DNA from: Octopus sinensis
Taxonomy: Eukaryota
NCBI RefSeq assembly: GCF_006345805.1
Contig: NW_021835083.1
Span: forward strand, 1 to 64,000
Direction: 5' to 3'
DNA length: 64,000 nt
Below, piece after piece: positions 55,991 to 64,000 of this stretch. The notes under the pieces are model-generated. The model was not told the DNA's origin. It was given only the letters and a program-made list of their open reading frames with translations, and ran no database searches. Numbering within the stretch: the stretch's first letter is position 1; each line of letters begins with the position of its first letter. A program made the translations under genes and the position numbers.

Positions 55991-56365
55991 TTGAACAAAG
56001 ATATTGTGTAATTTATTCCTGCAATGTTTTGAAGAACTCATTAAAGACATTTTTACCAATGTCGTATTTTCTTTCACCAATTTCTGTCTCGGCCATTTCA
56101 CTGGAGATTTTAATCTTTTCAAATCTGTCTGTCTGGAACTGTCAATATTTAATGTCAGATTCTACAAAAGTGCAAAATGCATGATTTTTAAAAATCGAGA
56201 CTGAAAAATATTCTATATTCAGACACGTCCCTATAGGCGGAAAAAATAAAATTATGAATAAAGAAATATTATCATGTTCTGAATAGAGTATGTTGAGTGT
56301 GTGTGTGTGTGTGTGTGTGTGTGCATGCGCGTGATTGTGCATGAGTGCGTGCATGTGCGTATGTG

Positions 56366-56396
<31 letters not shown>

Positions 56397-56654
56397 TTGC
56401 ATGTGCGTGGAGACGTCTATGGAGACGGCTAGCTAAGTGAAGGTAAAAATTACGTTACCACATACTGCTGGAAAGAGGGATTGAAACATTACTCTTTAAG
56501 GACTGCAAAGCGAACTGTTAGGAATTTGGCAAAACGCTTGTGTATGTTTGTGTGGGGGGGAGTCGTGTGAGTGTGTGTGCGCGCGCGCGTGCGAGTGTGT
56601 GTGTGCGCGCGTGCGAGTGTGTGTGTGTATGTAGCCGGACGTCATTTTTCCCGC

Positions 56655-57757
56655 CTCTCGATATCAGTTTTTCTCTGCTCTTTATTCTATATCCTTTCAA
56701 AATTTCTCCCACGTGTTACGCATTACGCATTACAATTCATCTTGAGCTAATGGCCCTAAACGTCTGTCTTCGCCGATCGTTTCCTCACGGCCACTGTGGT
56801 GTCGTTTGGTCGTTCGAAGCGCTAACTCTCCACGGATTTGATATTTTAAAAATTTCTGGAGTCTGTTGTCTTATGAAGTTTTTCTGTCTTGTCGTTAAAA
56901 GCACGAAACAGGTAGTAATACACAGTCGACAACTGATAAGAAGTTAGACCTCTTTTGTTATTTTGTCCCGTACTTGTCTTTCATTGTGTATTTTTCGCTC
57001 GTTGGTGAGGTCCTGTACTTTATAGGCATTATTCATTATTATTTAATGATTGAACGCCACGCAGCCTTTGTCAGCAGTAAATTTTTACATTTATATATAA
57101 TCTTTCCGACTCTGTTCTCTGCCTATTTTCTTTCTCTCTCTCTATCCCTCTATAATCCTCTATATTTCTTTTTTCTCCTCCTACTTCTTTGTTTCCTCTC
57201 GCCTGTCTTTCTTTCTCTCTTTTTCTTTCCTTCTCCCTTCTCCTCCGTTATTTCTTTCCCTCATCCTATCTCATATCCCCTCTCTCCTCAGCCTGTTGCT
57301 CACAGGTGACTACAGGCCACTTTTCTAGGCTCTCTGTCTTTTTTTCCTTGGGACGTCCAGCTAGCCAGACGGCATTTCTCTCGGCTCTCGATATCTTTTT
57401 TCTCTGATATTTTTCTCTTTTTTTTTTTGATTCCATATCATTTCAAAAGTTCTCCCAAGCGTTACTCATTACAATTCCTCTTGGCGTAACAGCCCGAAAT
57501 GTCTGTATTTGCCGATCCTTTCCACACGTCCACTCTGGTGTCGTTTGTTCGAAGCCCTAACTCTCCACAAATTTTATATTTTGAAAATTTCTGGATCCTG
57601 CTGTCGTGAGAAGTTGTTCTGTCTTGTAGTTAAAAGCACGACACAGGTAATAATAAACAGTCAACAACTTAGAAGTTAGGTTTCTAGGCGTATTTTGTCC
57701 CATACTTGGCTCTCGTTGTGTGTTTGCGTATTTTTCGCTCGTTGGTGATGTCCTGTA
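56655..57757. repeat. Diverged direct duplication of a ~365-bp unique segment (56655-57017 and 57385-57757)
   Basis: Shared exact blocks in the same order: ctaactctccac, ttaaaagcacga, tttttcgctcgttggtga. Confidence 0.85.
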
Positions 57758-57778
57758 TGTTATATGTATTTTCTTATA

Positions 57779-57820
<42 letters not shown>

Positions 57821-57822
57821 TA

Positions 57823-58368
57823 TAAGGAGTGGTGAATAAACTGTCGTCCAAATTACGCATAAATGAAAATAACACTGACATCTCATTTAAACAATATTTG
57901 TACCAAAATTACATGAAGATATCTTTAAAAACTACAGAGGAAATTTATTCAATAAAATCGCCATTGGATTCAACCTCTAGGCGAATTCGGAATCTCCCGC
58001 AACTCTCCTGGACGTCTACTTGTATAAGTTGATGAAAGCTGCCATAATACTTGCCTGCAGTTTATCTTTGGTATTACAAGGAGAGTTTTTGGTCGCTCAC
58101 TCAAATGCGTCCCACACATAATAATCAAGAGGGTTGCAGTCTGAGGAGTTAGGTGGCCAGACGTTAGGGGTGATGTGGTCGGCAGAAATAGTCAGACAGC
58201 CATGACTGGCTACTCCTGCGTGGCATGGTGAAGAGTCCTGTTGCCAGACACAGAATCTTCCAGCATACCCCCTCATGACGCAGAGGCAGCACTATCTTTT
58301 CCAGAAACTTGATGTAGGCCTCCGTGTGGGGCTTTGAGGCTGTGTGGGAAGATGAGTGGAGGCATCAT
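57823..58368 (-). mobile_element. Tc1/mariner-superfamily transposase C-terminal fragment, DD37D (maT)-like
   Basis: Minus strand WQQDSSPCH...DHITPNVWPPNSSDCNPLDYYVW. D-to-D spacing is 36 in this locally frameshifted copy. Abuts (TA)n on the left and is cut by the SINE on the right. Confidence 0.85.
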
Positions 58369-58784
58369 ATATATATGTATATATATACGACGGGTTTTTT
58401 TCAGTTTCTATCTACCAAATCCACTCACAAGGTTTTGGTCGGTCCGAGTGTATAGTGGAAGACCGCTTGCCTGAGGTGCCACGCAGTGGGACTGAACCCA
58501 GAACCATGTGGTTGGGAAACAAGCTTCTTACCACACAGCCTCTCCTGCGCCTAGATATGTATATTTATGTATATATTTATATGTGTGTGCCTGTGTTAGT
58601 AGCCTCACCATCGCTTGGTAACAGATATTGGTGCATTTATGTCCCGGTTAACTTAGCGGTTCAACAGAAGTGACTGATAGAATATGTACTAGACTTACAA
58701 AAAATAAATCCTGCAGTCGATTTCTTTGACTGAAACAATTTGAAACAGTGATTCAGCATGGCCACAGTTAAATAATTGAAACAA

Positions 58785-58786
<2 letters not shown>
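58369..58786. mobile_element. SINE family B with its 5' half inverted (58369-58553 minus, 58554-58786 plus)
   Basis: Head ...cacagcctctcctgcgcct ends at ~58553 on the minus strand, directly followed by the internal microsatellite and 3' half (cttagcggttc, cagcatggccacagt) on the plus strand. Confidence 0.88.
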
Positions 58787-58822
<36 letters not shown>

Positions 58823-59154
58823 CTTACTTAGAAGAAGAAGCTATATATATATATATATATATACTACAGAGAGAGAGTGAGAGAGAGAGAGAGAGAGAGA
58901 AGAGCGAAAGGGATACATATATATTTATATATTTAGATACACTTACATAACGATGACGGCCATGATGATGACAATGACGACACCGATGATGACAATGATG
59001 ATGATGACAATAAAGATGACGGGGTGGCGTCATTCAAAGGCTAAAACAATGCGAAGCGCATTGTGACCAGCGATGTGTAACATCTGATGGTCTGGTCGGT
59101 CACGTGATCACGTGATATATGTATATATATATATATATATACATATATATATAC

Positions 59155-59193
<39 letters not shown>

Positions 59194-59379
59194 CACATGT
59201 ACTTCTACCCGGTCTTTTTCGTTTTCATCTCCGTCTTTTATAATATGCGCATGGTAGGATGTAATTAAAATAAAATTGGTTATTTCTAACAGAACGAGCT
59301 ATCATTAAAATAAAAATAAAAAACAACAACAACTCCGCATTATGCTCGTCCTTATTAGGGCGGTGGTGGTGAGGATCAT

Positions 59380-59726
59380 GGCGTCGTCGTCATCATTGTT
59401 GGTGACGACCCTGAGTATGGTCATGGTGGTTGTGGTTGTGGTTGTGGTTGTGGGGATGGCAATGGTGGTGCAGAGTGCAAATAATACAATAATCACATCG
59501 AGAAATCGCACAGCACAACAACTGCCATCAGCACAGTTAATATCATCATCATAATCATCAGCATGGTTGTTGTTCTTGTGATCGTTATCAACGTCATCTT
59601 TATTGTCATCATCATCATCATCATTATCATCATCGGTGTCGTCATTGTCATCATCATGGCCGCCATCGTTATCATCATCATCACAATCATCATCATCATT
59701 ATCATCATCATCATCACCATCATCAC

Positions 59727-59775
<49 letters not shown>

Positions 59776-60016
59776 GTCATCATCATCATCGTCATCATCA
59801 TCGTCATCATCATCATCGTCATCATCATCGTCATCATCATCATTAACATCGCCATAATCGCCATCACCATCATCATCATCATCATTAGCATCATCATTAG
59901 CATCATCATCGTCATCATCATCTTCATCATCATCATCATCATCATCAGCATCATCATTAGCATCATCATTGACATCATCATCATCATCACGCATCATCAT
60001 TAGCCTCATCATTGAC

Positions 60017-60048
<32 letters not shown>

Positions 60049-60108
60049 CATCATCATCACCATCATCATCATCATCTTCATCATCATCATATCATCATCA
60101 TCATCATT

Positions 60109-60139
<31 letters not shown>

Positions 60140-60226
60140 GCATCATCATTAGCATCATCATTGACATCATCATCTTCGCATAATCATCATCATCTTCATC
60201 ATCATCATATCATCATCATCATCATT

Positions 60227-60257
<31 letters not shown>

Positions 60258-60600
60258 GCATCATCATTAGCATCATCATTGACATCATCATCTTCGCCAT
60301 AATCGTCATCATCTTCGTCATCAACAGCATCCCCATCATCATCTTCATGGCCATAATCGTCATCATCGTCATCACCGTCTCATCATCATCATCATCGTCA
60401 TCATTGTCAACAGTATCATCATCATCAACGACTTCATCGGCGTGGTCAGTACGATCATCATGGACATCATCGTCATCATCATCAACATCATCACTATCGT
60501 CATCACTATCATCATCATTATCGTCATTATCATCATCGTCACCATCTTCATCATCATCATCATCATCACTATCATCACCGTCAACAATATCGGATTCCCT
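59380..60600. repeat. Long degenerate (CAT/CGT)n tract
   Basis: Direct reading. Confidence 0.93.
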
Positions 60601-60671
60601 AATAGTGAAACCCTTTCTTTTATATCCCTCTATTAAATACTCATAACACACACACACACACTGCCTCCCTC

Positions 60672-60704
<33 letters not shown>

Positions 60705-60782
60705 ACTCTCCATCTCTCCCCCTCTCTCCATCTCTCTTAGAATAACACACATCACCCATCGCGACGTCTTGTCTCCCCACTA

Positions 60783-60815
<33 letters not shown>

Positions 60816-61109
60816 CACACACACACACACACACAACCCTTTGCTTAATGCCACACCATAATGCCACACCAGCCGCCGCCGCTGGTATCTACCTCCCACC
60901 AACCACCACTCTGACACAGCCGCCATATCAGAAGAACTATCACTCACTCCTAACACCGATCTATCGATTCGGTTTGATCCGAGTTCAGAATAATACAGAA
61001 ATTGAATTAGAATCAATGGGAAAATTCGTAAGAGAAAATGGAATTCAACTGGCAGTAAACACGACTTGGATAACCTTCACTGGCTGTGATGTAGCCTTTG
61101 TCATACATA

Positions 61110-61665
61110 CGAAACATGTGTGTTTGTGTGTACACATACATACATACATATACATACACACGCACTTACACACACACATATATTATATATATATATATAT
61201 ATATATACATATACAAATATACATATATATACATATATATATACATATATATACATATATATGCATACACACATTACATATATGTAAGCCATACTCACAT
61301 ACATATACATGTATGATGTACATATATAAGATGTGTGTATGTATTACGTATGCATATATATATATATATATATACATATATATATACATATGTATATACA
61401 TATATACATAATACGTATATGTACATACTTGTGTGCATGCATACAGACATGTGTATCTACGTATGCATATATACATATATATATATATATATTTACATAC
61501 ACAGATGTATATATCTATGCATATGTACATATAAACATATGTATATATATATATCTGTATGTATATATATATGTATGTGTGTGTGTATGTATTTATGTAT
61601 ATATACTTATGTATACATGTATATATGTATATATGTACGTATGTGTGCATATATATATATGTATG

Positions 61666-61697
<32 letters not shown>

Positions 61698-61777
61698 ATT
61701 ATATATATGTATGTATGTATGTATTTATGTATGCATGCATATATATATGTATGTATATATACGTATGTGTGCATATA

Positions 61778-61809
<32 letters not shown>

Positions 61810-61997
61810 GTATATATTATATATACACATATATATGTATGTATATGTATGTAAGCATGCATGTATGTACATATGTGTGTCTGTATAAATTTGTGCATGA
61901 ATATATCCTTGCATTCATGACCGGATACATATGTGTGCATGTATACCTACATACATGACTTTGTATATATGTGCGTATGCATACATATATATGTATG

Positions 61998-62031
<34 letters not shown>

Positions 62032-62562
62032 TGTATGTATGTATGTATGTATGTATGTATGTATGCATGCATGTATGTATGTATATATATTTAATTACAC
62101 ACAAGATATATACAGCGTGGTGCGTGTACATATATCTGCATGGTTGTGTATCTGTACGTAAGTATATTCATGTATGTATGTTGTTATACAGACATTGGAG
62201 CGATTGTGTATATATGTCTCTATGTGTGTGCGTTGGCTAATTTATTGATATATGGAAATGAAAAGAAGAACAAAACAAAACACAACAAATAAGACTAAAT
62301 GTAAAGAGAAAAAAATACAAATGAAAGCAAGAAAGAAGAATAGAAATATGGAATGCTGGGAAGCCAGAAAGAGAAAACTGAAAGACGATAAGGAAACCAA
62401 CAGAATGTTCAAAGGAAGACTATTCTTACTACTATGAAGTTGAAGAATTCTTCTAGTGCTGTGTAGAAGTAAGGCGTAATAGGGTGTGAAGATATTGGTA
62501 GAGATCTACATATATACTGATAAGAACTTCGTTAGATAGACTGACTGACTGGCTAACAGATG

Positions 62563-62632
<70 letters not shown>

Positions 62633-62719
62633 CATAGACAGACAGACAGACAGATAAAGATATATAGAGAGAGAGACCGAGAGAAGCCAAATAAGTAGTT
62701 AGACAGATTGATAGATAGG

Positions 62720-62779
<60 letters not shown>

Positions 62780-62780
62780 C

Positions 62781-62829
<49 letters not shown>

Positions 62830-62880
62830 TAGAGACAGTCAGACAGAGACGGATGGATGGATGGGTGGATGTATTTGATA
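61110..62880. repeat. Compound (TA)n/(ATGT)n/(GATA)n region
   Basis: Direct reading. Confidence 0.9.
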
Positions 62881-63044
62881 GACTGCATCATTGTACAAGT
62901 TAACATACAGGACATTTTAACATCGCGTATCTAAATAAGCAGTCATAAATTATAAACAGCAAATTAAAGTATTTAAACACACACAAGCACACACATATGT
63001 ATGTATGTATGCATGCATGTATGTATTTATATACTCCGTCTACA

Positions 63045-63427
63045 GTGGAGGCGTAATGGCCCAATGGTTAGGGCAGCGGACTCGCAGTCGTAGGATCGCG
63101 GTTTCGATTCCCAGACCGGGCGTTGTGAGTGTTTATTGAGCGAAAACACCTAAAGCTCCACGAGGCTCTGGCAGGGGATGGAGGTGATCCCTGCTGTACT
63201 CTTTCAACCACAACTTTCTCTCACTCTTACTTCCTGTTCTGTTGTACCTGTATTTCAAAGGGCCGGCCTTGTCACTCTCCGTGTCACGCTGAATATCCCC
63301 GAGAACTACGTTAAGGGTGCACGTGTCTGTGGAGTGCTCAGCCACTTACACGTTAATTTCACGAGCAGGCTGTTCCGTTGATCGGATCAACCGGAACCCT
63401 CATCGTCGTAACCGACGGAGTGCTTCC
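63045..63427 (+). mobile_element. tRNA-derived SINE family C, full length, 12-bp TSD
   Basis: A-box tggcccaatgg (63057-63067), B-box ggtttcgattcc (63100-63111). TSD actccgtctaca at 63033-63044 and 63428-63439. Confidence 0.93.
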
Positions 63428-63915
63428 ACTCCGTCTACAATATATTGTCTGCATACTCCAGTGCATGTACACTGCACCGTTTCTAAGCGTGGCATTTTTC
63501 AATGGAACTGCTCAACAAATATTTGTGAATTGTTTATATATTTACGATTATTAGCAAGTATACTGTCGAGAAGGGTTAAACTCTAGTATACATCATAAAA
63601 CTGGTATTCCTGGTTTTATCTCTCGGCAAAATAGTCTTCGGGATCTCTATCTCTCATCAGGCGGTGTGAAGTGACAAACATCCAGTCTGACTAGCATTCA
63701 TAGCGGTTCGATATGAATATGCCGGAAGAGAGAAACGTGCGGATGAATGCATACTATTACACTTAATTGGTGAAATACATATAAGGGCGACAAAGTACTC
63801 AATATGGGTTTTGGTTTCCTAAGAATAACACATTCGGCAATAATTGTGCGTCCACGTGGACCCTTACTCCAAATGGTTCTTGATAATTAGTATTAAAAAG
63901 TTACTTTTTAACAAA

Positions 63916-64000
63916 GGCTATGTGGGAAGAAGCTTGTTTTCCAATCAGATGGTTCAGGGTTCAGTCTCACTGCGTGGCAACTTGGGCGAGTATCTTTTAT
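63916..64000 (+). mobile_element. SINE family B 5' portion, running off the end of the window
   Basis: ggctatgtgggaagaagcttg...gggttcagtctcactgcgtggcaacttgggcgagt. Confidence 0.85.

Noticed and set aside
53906-56122. 738-aa, 487-aa and 360-aa minus-strand ORFs
   Set aside because: They are translations of the CT-rich strand of minisatellite and (GAAA)n DNA, which cannot contain stops; F/L/S-only composition with no domain.
60780-61090. ORFs [13 protein letters not shown]... (plus) and ...[14 protein letters not shown]... (minus)
   Set aside because: No recognisable homology, embedded in (CA)n, and the splice signals are inconsistent.
63045-63120. tRNA-like gene
   Set aside because: No matching acceptor stem, an extra base in the B-box, continues into a 300-bp body and is bounded by TSDs. 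It is a SINE head.
63610-63700. Minus-strand CTGATGA-gagat/atccc-GAAGAC with an upstream GTC
   Set aside because: GAAG instead of GAAA, a mismatch in stem II and no stem I pairing.

Overview
Eukaryotic, repeat-saturated, essentially non-coding window (intron or intergenic). No complete protein-coding gene, rRNA, true tRNA or CRISPR array is supported. The tRNA-derived SINE families and the dense (TA)n/(GATA)n/(CATA)n/(AAT)n/(GAT)n microsatellites point to a cephalopod, probably an Octopus genome (inference). Recognisable content: seven decayed fragments of R4/Dong-like (RLE) non-LTR retrotransposons, one Tx1/L1 RT-zinc-knuckle fragment, one RTE-like 3' fragment, an internally deleted mariner with both TIRs, a DD37D(maT)-like transposase fragment, and about 20 SINE copies or remnants from at least three families. 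There is also a ~555-bp non-coding element (called 'family E' here) present as three long copies and one 29-bp 3' stub, always followed by (AAT)n, plus two purine-rich minisatellites. The most interesting signals are: family E repeatedly followed by (AAT)n and then an R4-like 3' fragment; a Penelope-type minimal hammerhead motif at 14561-14621; a head-less SINE trimer joined at palindromic GAAATA-CC-TATTTC junctions; a SINE with a twin-priming-style internal inversion; and a 27-bp perfect inverted repeat enclosing a copy of nearby DNA. Nearly all long ORFs in the supplied track are low-complexity artefacts. Identities and family names are by eye and from memory of the families; no database search was run.
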